IMG/VR virus record: IMGVR_UViG_3300027963_005142
Direction: 5' to 3' (one strand)
DNA: 64,000 nt
Origin: an uncultured virus (IMG/VR IMGVR_UViG_3300027963_005142)
Taxonomy: Duplodnaviria; Heunggongvirae; Uroviricota; Caudoviricetes
Below the pieces are notes generated by a model. It was not told where the DNA came from, made no database searches, and saw only the letters and a list, made by a program, of their open reading frames with translations. A program made the translations under genes and the position numbers. Below are positions 36,270 through 47,047 of this stretch, piece by piece. How positions within the stretch are numbered: position 1 is the stretch's first letter; each line of letters starts with the position of its first letter.

Positions 36270-37091
36270 ATGAAAGTTTATGATTGCTTCTTGTTCTTCA
36301 ATGAGCTTGATCTACTAGAGATTAGGCTTAATGAGCTAAACGATGTTGTAGATAATTTTGTCATAGTTGAGTCTACAGAGAGCTTTTCTAAGAAGAAGAA
36401 GCCTCTTTACTTCCTAGAAAACAAGGATCGTTTCTCTAGCTTCCTTGAAAAGATCATCCATGTAGTCGTTGATGATACTCCTGACTTTCCAGATAGACCA
36501 GGAAGAATGGGAACTATGCATTCTCGTCACGATGTTGAATGGTTCCAGAGAGACTGCATTTCAAGAGGACTTGTGGATTGCAAAAAAGAAGACATTGTTA
36601 TCTTGTCTGACATTGATGAGATCCCAAGCAAAAATGCAGTCCTAGAAATTAGGAAAATACTCTCTGAAAAAGATACGACAGTCTCTTTGAATCACCGATT
36701 CTTCTATTACTTTCTCAATGGACTCTGTGTACAGAACGGAAATGAATCACAGTGGTGGGGATCTACTGCGTGCAGATTTGGTTCTTTTCCGGGTCCTGAA
36801 GCACTTAGGAGGCTTAAGGGTGTTGCACAAACAAGACTTAATGGTGGTTGGCATTTTTCCTATCTTGGCGGTCCAGAGATGATTGCACTCAAGATAGAAA
36901 GCATTGCTCACGCTGAATGGGACAATGATAAGATCAAGAATCTTGACAGAATTAAAAGCGTGCTAGAGAAGGGAGAAGATCTCTTTGATAGAAGAGACAA
37001 ACCGCGGCAGGTCTACATTCAAATAGACGAGACTTTCCCTTGCTTTCTGGTGAAGAACCAGTCAAAATTTTCTCACCTAATACACTCATGA
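36270..37091 (+). CDS. Glycosyltransferase family 17-like
   Basis: DCFLFFNELDLLEIRL, QRD, SDIDEIP, GWHFSY. Confidence 0.88.
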   Translation: MKVYDCFLFFNELDLLEIRLNELNDVVDNFVIVESTESFSKKKKPLYFLENKDRFSSFLEKIIHVVVDDTPDFPDRPGRMGTMHSRHDVEWFQRDCISRGLVDCKKEDIVILSDIDEIPSKNAVLEIRKILSEKDTTVSLNHRFFYYFLNGLCVQNGNESQWWGSTACRFGSFPGPEALRRLKGVAQTRLNGGWHFSYLGGPEMIALKIESIAHAEWDNDKIKNLDRIKSVLEKGEDLFDRRDKPRQVYIQIDETFPCFLVKNQSKFSHLIHS

Positions 37092-37900
37092 CAAGAATTA
37101 CTAGCTTAGTATTCTCTTACGATCTAGATAGACTTAAATCTAGCGGAAGAGTCTGGAGCCACTCAGGCTACAGGGGCAAAGATTACATCGAAGAATACTC
37201 TGCAGCTTCTATAGCAACCTTTGCTCATCACAATCCTGAAAAAGAGTACATCATAAACTGTGATGACACTGATAGCTTGTGGAAGAAGATCAAAGAATAC
37301 AACGTCTCAACTAGCAACCTAGACCTAGTTGACTGGTCAGAAAGAATTAAAGAATGGAAAACTCACGAATACTCTTTCTTTCCAGCCATGATGCATACGC
37401 TTTCTCACGTCTCTGAATGTATTTCTAACAATCAAGACTTCATCAAGCTAGATAACGACCTAACTTGCAAAAGAAATATATCTGATCTAGTTTCTAGCTT
37501 TAGAGGAGCCATTCTCTGGAGAAAAGAGAGAAACGTATCTAGTGGTAAGCACTACTGGGGAGAGCGCTATGTTTGCCAAAAAACTGTTGGTACTGATAAT
37601 TTTGACGGATACAACATTGGAGTCCTTGGGCTCTCAAAAGAGTATCTTGAGTTTTCAAAAGTTGCGTTTGATCTAGGCATCGAAATGTCCAAGGTTGACA
37701 TATCAGATGTTGTAAATTTTCCAGAAGATCCCGGGTACAAATCAAAAATATTTGCATGCTCTGAGCAGTCTGCAATTAGCTGGACTATTCATAAAAATCA
37801 GATACCTGCTAAGACGTGTGAAGAGTACTTCGATCATCATTGTTATTCAAGAACAAAGCAGGGTTGCATCGATTCAGCACTTTATCTAAAGAAAAAATAA
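37088..37900 (+). CDS. Putative GT-A-fold glycosyltransferase
   Basis: KLDND DxD-like motif, YNIGV, EQ; cluster context. Confidence 0.5.
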   Translation: MTRITSLVFSYDLDRLKSSGRVWSHSGYRGKDYIEEYSAASIATFAHHNPEKEYIINCDDTDSLWKKIKEYNVSTSNLDLVDWSERIKEWKTHEYSFFPAMMHTLSHVSECISNNQDFIKLDNDLTCKRNISDLVSSFRGAILWRKERNVSSGKHYWGERYVCQKTVGTDNFDGYNIGVLGLSKEYLEFSKVAFDLGIEMSKVDISDVVNFPEDPGYKSKIFACSEQSAISWTIHKNQIPAKTCEEYFDHHCYSRTKQGCIDSALYLKKK

Positions 37901-38655
37901 TGAAAGATATTTGCACTGTAACTTACACGAATACTAAGTGTCACGACATACTCCGCATCTACGTTGGGCAAAAGGCGAGATTTGCTCCTCAAATAAGCGG
38001 ATACATCTTTTCAGATAGTGCACCTAATTTTGACACAATGGGTCACAAGGTTATAATCTATGACAACAACGACCCTTACTACTTGCAGTGGCTTAAGTGT
38101 CTTGAATCTGTTGATGAGGGCTACATAATCTACCAGCAAGAAGACTTTCTTCTTGACGGCGAGGTAGATTATTCTGAGATAGAAAGATGTAGAAAATTTC
38201 TAGAGTCTTCAGACTATTCATTTGTAAGGCTTCTAAAGATTATGTTGCAAGGAGCCATTCATAGACCTGAGCTCAAGATGAAAGATTTTCCAGAAGTTGA
38301 GGTAGAAAAGTTTTTATACGATGCTTTTGTATGTGATCCTGACGCTTTCTCTTTCATGATGCAGTCTACTCTCTGGAAAAAACGTGACTTTATTCAGCTC
38401 TATAGCCTGGTGAAGTCAAAAATGTGGCTAGAATCAAGAGAATGGGACAAGGGAATGAGAGATACAGGCATGAAAGGTGTCTATTATTACAGAGGATCTA
38501 AGAAGACAGGAAAGTTCCACTGGGATCCTGAGATCTGGCCCCACGTCTGTACTGCTGTTGGGCAAGGAAAGTGGAATGTGTCTCATCACGGAAACAGGCT
38601 TACTGATCTATTAAATCTATACGGGGTCAACCTTAGAAAAAGAGGGACAAGATGA
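37900..38655 (+). CDS. Putative glycosyltransferase-like protein
   Basis: YQQEDFLL, QSTLWKK, GKW; cluster context. Confidence 0.55.
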   Translation: MKDICTVTYTNTKCHDILRIYVGQKARFAPQISGYIFSDSAPNFDTMGHKVIIYDNNDPYYLQWLKCLESVDEGYIIYQQEDFLLDGEVDYSEIERCRKFLESSDYSFVRLLKIMLQGAIHRPELKMKDFPEVEVEKFLYDAFVCDPDAFSFMMQSTLWKKRDFIQLYSLVKSKMWLESREWDKGMRDTGMKGVYYYRGSKKTGKFHWDPEIWPHVCTAVGQGKWNVSHHGNRLTDLLNLYGVNLRKRGTR

Positions 38656-39350
38656 AGTTTGAAATAATAGGAAATAGCCACGCAGCAACGCTACCAGGTG
38701 CACCGCCTTGCGGTCACAAAGTATCAAAACAAAGGCATCGACCTTACGGCAGAGGATACACAGATGTAAATCCTGATCTTCCTTTTAGAGCCTGGTTCCT
38801 AGGTCCAGTTCTTGCGTACAATTTTTATGAGCATCATCTCCAAAAAGTCTACTCTTTTATTGAAGAGTTTCCAGCCATCTTTAATGAAAAAGATACGACA
38901 CTTGTAATGATTGTCGGAGAAATAGACTGCAGAGTTCATCTTCCAAAGCACGTTACAAGTGAAAAGTCCATATCAAGCGTTGTTGAAGATTGCGTCTCCA
39001 GATACCATAGATCAGTACTTGATTTAAGAGAGAAGGGATTCAATATTGCTGTAGCAGGTGCACAACCTAGCCTAACTGATGAATCTCTTGAAAAGAGAAT
39101 GCCTGCAAGAGAGAGAGAATATAACGTCGCAGGAGACACGGAGACTAGAAACCAGATCTGCAAACATTGGGACATGTTTCATGGTCACTTATGTGAACAA
39201 GACAAGATTCCTTTTGTGTCGATATACCAGGATCTAGTACAAGAAAATGGAAATGCCAAAGAGGAGTTGTTTTCAGACTATATTCACATTAGTCATGAAA
39301 AAACTATAGAGTTTTGGTTGAAATCATTCAAAAATCAGAATCTTTTATGA
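38652..39350 (+). CDS. SGNH hydrolase-like protein
   Basis: IGNSH, GEIDCR, DYIH. Confidence 0.7.
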   Translation: MKFEIIGNSHAATLPGAPPCGHKVSKQRHRPYGRGYTDVNPDLPFRAWFLGPVLAYNFYEHHLQKVYSFIEEFPAIFNEKDTTLVMIVGEIDCRVHLPKHVTSEKSISSVVEDCVSRYHRSVLDLREKGFNIAVAGAQPSLTDESLEKRMPAREREYNVAGDTETRNQICKHWDMFHGHLCEQDKIPFVSIYQDLVQENGNAKEELFSDYIHISHEKTIEFWLKSFKNQNLL

Positions 39351-39357
39351 GGAAATA

Positions 39358-41034
39358 ATGAGCTATATTTGTTCTTGGTGGCCTGGTCATGATGCTTCTT
39401 ATTGCATCATGAAAGATGGTAATGTAAAAATCCACGCAGAAATTGAAAGACTGACCAGGGTAAAAGAGACCATGGCAAATACTCTAGATTTTGTCTTTTC
39501 TAATCATGAAGACATTCTAGAATCCATTGACTACTGGGTCACTGTAAGTGCAATGGATTCTAGTAGAGGAAAATTTGGTCAATATGGAAATGCACCGTCA
39601 AGCAGGCACTGTCCTGGCGGAGTTTCTAATGAAAAATTCAAAGAGTCAATCGATAGAGTAGAGTCTCTTTGTCAAAAGAAAGACAAGAAAGTCATATTTG
39701 TGCCTCATCACACCAGCCATGCTGCAAATGCATTTTTTTCTAGCACATACAGTGATGCAATAATTTTTACCATCGACGGCGGCGGTCACGAACCGACTAT
39801 TGACAACCCAGGTCAGTATGGATCGTTTTTTGTTTACTCGGGAGAAGGCACAAAAGTCTTCCCTGTAGACATGCAAAAACATCAAAACAAGCTCAACATA
39901 GGCACCTTCTGGGACGCTTGTGTCTCTGAAATATTTGGATTAAGCACAGGATATCCGCTAGGGTCTCAGGCCGGAACAGTGATGGCAATGGCCTCTTTTG
40001 CAAACAAGCAAAAAGCAGAAAATTACGCTGATTCTTTTGAAAAGCTCATTGTTGGATTTGAGAAAAATAAAATTACTGTAATGGAATCTATAAAGAGGCT
40101 AAAAAGTGCAGCTCTAGCTTCTGAACAAGATTCATTTGATGTAGCTGGAGGATTACAGATAGCTACAGAAAAAGTCTTGTTTGACGCAATGGAGCCCTAT
40201 CTTCTTAGTTCTAAGTCCAGGAACTTGTGCCTCTCTGGAGGCGTTGCTTTGAATACTGTCGCTGTTGGAAAAATGTACGATCGTTTTTCAAGCTACATTG
40301 ATAGTATTTACGTTACGCCTACTCCTTATGACGGAGGACTTACAATAGGTGCATGTCAGTATGTTTGGCACCACATCCTTGGAAATCCTAGAAACGATAA
40401 GGTTCTATCACCCTATCTCGGACAGATTTTCTCTAGAGATAGTGTAATTTTAGATATTGAGAAAAATTCTGACTTTATTGACAATAAGCAAAGTAACGAT
40501 GACGAAGTTGTCAAGCTTTTGAGCGACGAGAAGATTATTGCAGTGTTCGGAGGAGGATCAGAGTCGGGACGCCGGGCTCTAGGCTGTCGTAGTATTCTGG
40601 CTGATCCTAGAAATCACAACATAAAAAATGTAATTAATGAAAAGGTGAAACACAGGGCGTGGTTCCGACCATTTGCACCTTCAATAATGAGAGAGCACGT
40701 TAGCGACTGGTTTGAAAGAGATATTGAAAGTCCGTACATGGACAAGATTATCCAGTTTAAACAAGGAGCAGAGGAAAGAGTCCCAGGAGTTGTGCACATT
40801 GACGGTTCTGGGCGACTTCAAACAGTTACTGAAGATCTAAATCTGTGGTACTATAATTTCATTAAGAAGTGGAAAGAGCACTCAGGTGTTCCTATGGTTC
40901 TAAATACGAGCTTCAATGATAGAGAACCGATCTGTGAGACGCCTGATCATGCAATAAATTGTTTCCTAAAGACGAACATTGACTACCTTTATTTTTATGA
41001 TTACAACATTCTTGTTGAAAAAAGGAAAATATGA
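39358..41034 (+). CDS. Carbamoyltransferase (NodU/CmcH family), copy 2
   Basis: GHDAS, HHTSHAANAF, DGGG, GRRALG, RPFAPS, NTSFN. Confidence 0.93.
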   Translation: MSYICSWWPGHDASYCIMKDGNVKIHAEIERLTRVKETMANTLDFVFSNHEDILESIDYWVTVSAMDSSRGKFGQYGNAPSSRHCPGGVSNEKFKESIDRVESLCQKKDKKVIFVPHHTSHAANAFFSSTYSDAIIFTIDGGGHEPTIDNPGQYGSFFVYSGEGTKVFPVDMQKHQNKLNIGTFWDACVSEIFGLSTGYPLGSQAGTVMAMASFANKQKAENYADSFEKLIVGFEKNKITVMESIKRLKSAALASEQDSFDVAGGLQIATEKVLFDAMEPYLLSSKSRNLCLSGGVALNTVAVGKMYDRFSSYIDSIYVTPTPYDGGLTIGACQYVWHHILGNPRNDKVLSPYLGQIFSRDSVILDIEKNSDFIDNKQSNDDEVVKLLSDEKIIAVFGGGSESGRRALGCRSILADPRNHNIKNVINEKVKHRAWFRPFAPSIMREHVSDWFERDIESPYMDKIIQFKQGAEERVPGVVHIDGSGRLQTVTEDLNLWYYNFIKKWKEHSGVPMVLNTSFNDREPICETPDHAINCFLKTNIDYLYFYDYNILVEKRKI

Positions 41035-42020
41035 AAACAGCTTTAGTGTGCGGCGCCGGCGGATTCATAGGTTCTCACCTAGTAAAAAGACTTAAGTCTG
41101 AAGGATACTGGGTTAGAGGCGTAGATCTAAAGATTCCTGATTTCTGCATGTCTTATGCAGATGAATTTATTCTTACTGACCTAAGAAAGGCTCAGTCAGT
41201 AGAATCAGTAATTCTTCTCAAGCCTTCCTGGGACGCAGGATTTGATGAAGTATATCAGCTGGCTGCTGATATGGGCGGAGCTGGGTATATCTTTACAGGT
41301 GAGCACGATGCTGATGTTATGCACAATTCAGCAACAATCAACTTGAATATTGCACACTTGTCTGCCAGGTTTAAACGCTCCCCGAAGATTTTCTATTCTT
41401 CTTCTGCATGTATCTACCCAGCCTATAATCAAGAAGACCCTGAGAATCCTCTATGCAGTGAAATATCTGCATATCCTGCAGCTCCGGACAGTGAATACGG
41501 CTGGGAGAAGCTTTTTAGTGAGCGACTGTACTCTTCTTTCGCAAGAAACTATGGATTAGAAGTTAGAATTGCAAGGTTTCACAACATATTCGGACCAGAA
41601 GGCACTTGGCGCGGAGGCAAAGAAAAGGCGCCTGCAGCACTGTGCAGAAAAATCGCAGAGGCTAAAGATGGAGACACCATTGAAGTGTGGGGGTCCGGAA
41701 GTCAAACTCGCTCTTTCCTGTATATTGATGAGTGTATTGAAGGAGTTAGAAGATTAATGGATTCTTCATTTGAAGGCCCTGTAAATGTTGGATCTGAAGA
41801 GATCATCTCAATCAATAATTTCGCAAGAATGATTATTGAAATTTCCAACAAAGATCTACGTCTAAAAAATGTTCCAGGTCCTGCAGGCGTTATGGGCAGA
41901 AACTCAGACAATAGACTTATCGAAGAAAAGATCGGATGGAAACCGTCTATGTCGCTGAGTCGGGGAATAGAGAAAACCTATGAATGGATTAACACTCAAG
42001 TAAAAAAGGAGTCAGTTTAG
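41031..42020 (+). CDS. GDP-mannose 3,5-epimerase-like NAD-dependent epimerase
   Basis: GAGGFIG, LAADMGGAGYI, SSACIYP, YGWEKL, GGKEKAPAA. Confidence 0.9.
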   Translation: MKTALVCGAGGFIGSHLVKRLKSEGYWVRGVDLKIPDFCMSYADEFILTDLRKAQSVESVILLKPSWDAGFDEVYQLAADMGGAGYIFTGEHDADVMHNSATINLNIAHLSARFKRSPKIFYSSSACIYPAYNQEDPENPLCSEISAYPAAPDSEYGWEKLFSERLYSSFARNYGLEVRIARFHNIFGPEGTWRGGKEKAPAALCRKIAEAKDGDTIEVWGSGSQTRSFLYIDECIEGVRRLMDSSFEGPVNVGSEEIISINNFARMIIEISNKDLRLKNVPGPAGVMGRNSDNRLIEEKIGWKPSMSLSRGIEKTYEWINTQVKKESV

Positions 42021-42021
42021 T

Positions 42022-43170
42022 ATGGAAACAATACCACTTTTCAAAGTTTTTATGTCTGACACTGCGCCAGCTGCTGCTGCGGAGACTTTAAAGTCTGGAT
42101 ATATTGGTCAGGGTCCCAAAGTTGAAGAATTTGAATCATTACTGAAGAAGCGGCTCCAAAAAGACTATGTTCTAACCATGAACGCTGCAACTTCTGCAGA
42201 GCATATGGCGTTGCATCTTTTGAAGACTCCCGATAGTGATCTAAAATGGCCAGGATTGCAGGACGGTGACGAAGTGTTGACAACAGCGCTGACTTGTACA
42301 GCAACCAACTGGCCAATCCCTGCAAATAATCTAAAGATTAAATGGGTTGACATCGATCCAAGCACACTAAACCTAGATCTAAATGATCTAAGAAGGAAGA
42401 TTACACCTAGAACTAGAGTGATAATGGTTGTTCACTGGGGTGGATATCCTAACGATCTCGATGAACTGAAGAAGATCCAGCGTGAGACGAAGGAAATGTA
42501 TGGATTTGAACCCATGATCATTGAAGACTGCGCTCACGCATTTGGGTCAAAATACAAGAAAGAACCAATCGGGTCTCACGGAAATATTTGCACATTCAGC
42601 TTTCAAGCTATTAAGCATCTAACAACTGTCGACGGTGGATTACTTGTTTGCCCAAATCAAAAGCTCTATGACAGGGGCAAGCTTGTTAGATGGTACGGAA
42701 TTGATAGAGAGTCCAATAGAAAAGACTTTAGGTGCGAGGCTGACATCAAGGAATGGGGATTTAAATTTCACATGAATGATGTTTGTGCTTCGGTAGGAAT
42801 AGAGAACCTAAAAAAGGTTGATGAAGTCATAAGCAAGCACAGAGAGAATGCTGCATTCTACGATCAAGCACTTGCCAAGCACTCTGGCATAACACTGCTG
42901 TCTAGAGAGCCAGGATTTGATTCTTCTTTTTGGATCTATAGCATGCTAGTAGACAAGAAATCTGACTTTATGAAGTACATGAGCGAGAAGAACGTAATGG
43001 TCTCTCAAGTTCATGCCAGAAATGATACTCATACCTGTGTATCAGAATTCAAGACTTTTTTGCCTACGCTTGATAGGATTGAGAATCAGTTGATATCAAT
43101 CCCAGTTGGGTGGTGGGTCACAAGCGAGCAGAGAGAGTATATCGTAGATTGCATTAAAAAAGGCTGGTAG
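42022..43170 (+). CDS. DegT/DnrJ/EryC1/StrS aminotransferase
   Basis: IEDCAHAFG, FSFQAIKHLTTVDGG. Confidence 0.92.
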   Translation: METIPLFKVFMSDTAPAAAAETLKSGYIGQGPKVEEFESLLKKRLQKDYVLTMNAATSAEHMALHLLKTPDSDLKWPGLQDGDEVLTTALTCTATNWPIPANNLKIKWVDIDPSTLNLDLNDLRRKITPRTRVIMVVHWGGYPNDLDELKKIQRETKEMYGFEPMIIEDCAHAFGSKYKKEPIGSHGNICTFSFQAIKHLTTVDGGLLVCPNQKLYDRGKLVRWYGIDRESNRKDFRCEADIKEWGFKFHMNDVCASVGIENLKKVDEVISKHRENAAFYDQALAKHSGITLLSREPGFDSSFWIYSMLVDKKSDFMKYMSEKNVMVSQVHARNDTHTCVSEFKTFLPTLDRIENQLISIPVGWWVTSEQREYIVDCIKKGW

Positions 43171-43629
43171 ATGATTACGCTAAGAGACTTACAAGAAAGA
43201 GATCTAGCATTTCTTGTAGATGTAAGAAATGAGTGTAGAAATTTTCTGCACAATGCATCAGAGTTTTCATTAGAAGAATGTGAAACATGGTTTAGAAAGA
43301 CTTCACCGACTTTCTACGTCATAGAAAATAACGGAAATATCGTTGGCTATTTTAGAACCTCTGAATGGAAAGAGTCTTCTTGCTGGGTGGGTGGAGATCT
43401 ACACAAAGACTATCGAGGAAAAGGCATGATGAAATCTGCATATTCCGTTCTGTTTGAGAGGTTAAAAGAGAAAGGTATTGAGACTGTTTTTTTGAGCGTC
43501 CTAGACTTCAATGAAGTAGCGATCAATCTATATGAGAAGCTAGGATTTCGTACTCTTTCAATAGATGAGTTCTGTCAAGGATCGACAAACAAGATTGCAA
43601 AAAGCATACAGATGGTTAAAAATCTATGA
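43171..43629 (+). CDS. GNAT acetyltransferase (PseH-like)
   Basis: YRGKGM, NEVAINLYEKLGF. Confidence 0.85.
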   Translation: MITLRDLQERDLAFLVDVRNECRNFLHNASEFSLEECETWFRKTSPTFYVIENNGNIVGYFRTSEWKESSCWVGGDLHKDYRGKGMMKSAYSVLFERLKEKGIETVFLSVLDFNEVAINLYEKLGFRTLSIDEFCQGSTNKIAKSIQMVKNL

Positions 43630-44528
43630 AGCTGGTTTGCAACGCTGCAGGCGGAGTAGGAAACAGAATAAAAACCCTATTGACCTGCTTGACCATTTCC
43701 AGGCCTGAAGAGATTCTACTCATGTGGCCTGCAACAACATCTTATCAGCCTGACGGTGGCGTCTGGTGTGAATTCAATGATCTTTGGGAAAACAAATTTG
43801 AAATAATTGACAGAGTCCCAAGTGAAAAACACCGATACTATGGAAGAGATTCAAAGTTAAAATACTACAATGATGGAAAATTCATAAGCCTCGAGGAAGT
43901 CTATATCAATCCTGGTATCAAAGATTCGTTTCATTTTTTAGAAATGAAAAAACTAGTAGAAAGCCTTGTTCCGGTCGAGTATGTTAGGAGCAAAATTCTC
44001 GAGTACAGATCACAAATTCCAAAAGATGCGTGCACTCTAAGCTTGCGAACCTACATGTCTTTTCCTCTTGAGTATCACCAGAGAGGAAAGAGGTTCAAGA
44101 TTGATAAAGTCTTTGATTTGATTGAGCATGAAATCAAGAGTGAAAAGATACTTTTGACAGCAGATCACGAAGAGACAGTTAATGCAATAATAGAAAAGTT
44201 TGGCGATCGAATCTTCGTAACTCCAAAGAGAACTGAATTTGGAGACTACACCTGCAAAGAGGGACTACAAGATGCTCTCATCGACTTATATCTGGGTGGC
44301 CTAATGGATCAGATCTACATCACTTCAAAGTGCACATTTAGTGAAATGCAGTGGTGGTTTGGAGGCTGCAACTCTCAGGCTATAGAGATAAGCGTTCATC
44401 ATCCTTCACTAAGAGAGATCTCCAATGAGAAGCCGCCCAATGGTATACGGCCTAAAAAAGAATTGCCACAGCCTGCTGTTGATTTCAACTCAGCTGGTAT
44501 AAAAGATGGAGATTGTACAAAATTATGA
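43626..44528 (+). CDS. Putative fucosyltransferase-like GT (NodZ/O-FucT type)
   Basis: GGVGNRI, LTAD, ALIDLY, STFS-like CTFS. Confidence 0.6.
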   Translation: MKLVCNAAGGVGNRIKTLLTCLTISRPEEILLMWPATTSYQPDGGVWCEFNDLWENKFEIIDRVPSEKHRYYGRDSKLKYYNDGKFISLEEVYINPGIKDSFHFLEMKKLVESLVPVEYVRSKILEYRSQIPKDACTLSLRTYMSFPLEYHQRGKRFKIDKVFDLIEHEIKSEKILLTADHEETVNAIIEKFGDRIFVTPKRTEFGDYTCKEGLQDALIDLYLGGLMDQIYITSKCTFSEMQWWFGGCNSQAIEISVHHPSLREISNEKPPNGIRPKKELPQPAVDFNSAGIKDGDCTKL

Positions 44529-44609
44529 GTAAGATTATTTAGCTTCAAATTTCTGTTTCATCACCACAAATTTAGCAAAAGAACGATGTTCTAAGGGTCA
44601 AAGTTTCTT

Positions 44610-45401
44610 ATGAAAGTAGCACTTGTTATTACCAACCATTCTTCAGAAAAAATTAGACCGTACGGTCGAGACCTTCTATTGAATGCTATTGCAAGCTTCA
44701 AAAAATATTGTCATTTTGACTATGAAATAGTAGTTGTTGACAACCAGTCTGATAATAGCTTTTCTAGTAGTTCAGATAGAGATGTTTTAAATCTATTGAT
44801 GCCCGGTTGTCACTACATCTACATCGAAGATCAGTGGAAAAAAGGTCTTACAGGTGCCTGGAACACGGGCATAAAAAAAGCGTATGAACTGAGCTGCGAT
44901 ATCATCTTAAACTCAAACGACGATCTCATTTTCAATGAATCTATTAATGATTTCATTAGAAAGATTTCTGAGAATATTGATTCTGATATTTCTGTTTTTG
45001 GTCCATTAACTAACGGAGTCAATGGATCTTTTGAAAAGATTCAAAAATCAGAAAGTCCCAACTCTCAGAAGTCAAAAGAGATAACTGGTGATGGATGGGA
45101 AGGCTTTGTGAGCGGATTTTTCTTTGGATTCACAAAAAAATTCTATGAAAAATTCAAGTATCCAGACGGTGATCTTTTTGCAGAATTTGATAAGTTTGAC
45201 AAGTCTTACATTCATAAGTATGCCGGTGACTGCGGTAAATGGGGCGGTCAAGAGATGGAAATTCTTCGGTTTAGAGAGGCTGGCGGAAAAGTCTTTGTGA
45301 TTGGTGAGTGCTGGATCTACCATCTCAAGAAAAGAGACTGGAGCACAGCAAGAAAAATTGCCGGAGAATACGGCTGGCATTTAACTGAAAAATTTGAATA
45401 A
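44610..45401 (+). CDS. Glycosyltransferase family 2-like
   Basis: IVVVDNQS, AWNTGI, NDD. Confidence 0.8.
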   Translation: MKVALVITNHSSEKIRPYGRDLLLNAIASFKKYCHFDYEIVVVDNQSDNSFSSSSDRDVLNLLMPGCHYIYIEDQWKKGLTGAWNTGIKKAYELSCDIILNSNDDLIFNESINDFIRKISENIDSDISVFGPLTNGVNGSFEKIQKSESPNSQKSKEITGDGWEGFVSGFFFGFTKKFYEKFKYPDGDLFAEFDKFDKSYIHKYAGDCGKWGGQEMEILRFREAGGKVFVIGECWIYHLKKRDWSTARKIAGEYGWHLTEKFE

Positions 45402-45439
45402 CAAGTCCATAGACTCTCGGAAGATATGATCGGAGACAA

Positions 45440-46282
45440 ATGAAAACAAAGTGTATCGCTGTATTTTTAAGCTTTGTAACTGACGGCAACAGGACACTTA
45501 GAGAGGATTTGTTCAACGAGTGCTTCCCAAGCTTTGAAAGAATCAAACTAGAAAACAAAGATCTTGACCTGTCGCTTGTTGCGGTTGATAATATGTCAGT
45601 TAATAGCGTAAGAGAGAGAACAAATAAGTCTAATATCCTTGATCTTTTTTACCTTCTAGATAAGAACATGTTTGATACTGCACTTTTCTGTGCAGGTCTC
45701 GATGCAGCAGAGATATCAGGAGCAGAGTATGCTCTGTTCACATACGATGATTTTCTTGTCCATAGACCCTCTGCTCTATCAGATGTAATTCAGTTCATGA
45801 AGTCATCGGGTGCTGACTGCTGCAGAATTACAGATTATGATGTTTCAGATTCTCGTAGATTTAACTCAGACATTACTCCTAAATCAGTAAATCCAGATGC
45901 AATTAGGCATTTGAACACAGCGACCGGTCAAAAAGTAGAACACACTTTTTTTGGAAAGTTTGGACAATCTGAATTCTACTTCACAAACTGGCACTACACG
46001 TCTAGGCCTTGCGTTTGGAAAATTTCAAAGCTTAGGGAGGTAATGTCAAAAACTGACAATTTAAAAGTTCTCCAAGGATTTGAAGGCTTTATGGTAAAAG
46101 CATGTCAGGACTCAGGTGTCTTGTTTGCAACTCTTGATAAAGGAATGATGAGAACTTTCTCTGTCCAGCTCAGCGCTAGAACTTCTCCTGACTTTGTAAA
46201 ACGCGTTGATGAGGCAAATCATGTTGTACATCAGACGGACATGAAAGAAACTTTAGTCAGGTGTAGATCCATAAGAGCTTAG
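45440..46282 (+). CDS. Putative GT-A-fold protein
   Basis: AVDNMS, TYDDF; cluster context. Confidence 0.55.
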   Translation: MKTKCIAVFLSFVTDGNRTLREDLFNECFPSFERIKLENKDLDLSLVAVDNMSVNSVRERTNKSNILDLFYLLDKNMFDTALFCAGLDAAEISGAEYALFTYDDFLVHRPSALSDVIQFMKSSGADCCRITDYDVSDSRRFNSDITPKSVNPDAIRHLNTATGQKVEHTFFGKFGQSEFYFTNWHYTSRPCVWKISKLREVMSKTDNLKVLQGFEGFMVKACQDSGVLFATLDKGMMRTFSVQLSARTSPDFVKRVDEANHVVHQTDMKETLVRCRSIRA

Positions 46283-46321
46283 AGTGTTAAATTTTCTATC
46301 TGCATTTGGTAGTATCTTTGC

Positions 46322-47047
46322 ATGAAAGCAGTAATCCTCGCCGGCGGAACAGGAACGAGGCTAATGCCACTCACTAAGGTGACTAACAAGCATCTTCTTC
46401 CAGTGGGAGACAAGCCTATGATCTTCCATAGTCTCGAAAAAGTCTCAGAATCTGGAATCAAAGATGTCCTAATAGTGACAGGAATTGATCACATGGGAGA
46501 CATAGTCAGGCTTGTTGGAAGCGGATCAGATTTTGGTCTATCTGTTACATACAGAGTTCAAGATAAGCCTAACGGCATCGCAGGTGCACTAAATCTTGCT
46601 AAAGACTTTGCTAGAAATGAGAAATTTGTAGTCATTCTTGCTGACAATATCTTTAGATCCAGCATCAAAGACTACGTAAAAAAATTCTCATCTGCAAAAG
46701 ACGGATCTTGCATGCTCTTGCTCAAAGAGTCAGAAAATCCGCAGAGGTTCGGAGTTGCGACCATTTTGAATGGATCAATAAAGCGGATAGTTGAAAAGCC
46801 TAAAAACCCAGAGAGCAATCTATGCATCACTGGGATCTACTTTTTCGATTCTGCTGTTTTTGATAAAATCTCAAAAATCAGTCCTTCTGCAAGAGGAGAA
46901 CTTGAGATATCTGATGTGAATCAGCTGTTTGTTGAAGAAGGAAAATGTCTATATGATGTTCTTGATGGTTGGTGGACTGATGCAGGCACACTTCCGTCTT
47001 ACAATAATGCTTGTCAACTTTCATGGGAGCTATCTTGCAAAGACTAA
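46322..47047 (+). CDS. rmlA: Glucose-1-phosphate thymidylyltransferase
   Basis: LAGGTGTRLMPLT, KHLLPV, EKP, SARGELEI. Confidence 0.93.
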   Translation: MKAVILAGGTGTRLMPLTKVTNKHLLPVGDKPMIFHSLEKVSESGIKDVLIVTGIDHMGDIVRLVGSGSDFGLSVTYRVQDKPNGIAGALNLAKDFARNEKFVVILADNIFRSSIKDYVKKFSSAKDGSCMLLLKESENPQRFGVATILNGSIKRIVEKPKNPESNLCITGIYFFDSAVFDKISKISPSARGELEISDVNQLFVEEGKCLYDVLDGWWTDAGTLPSYNNACQLSWELSCKD

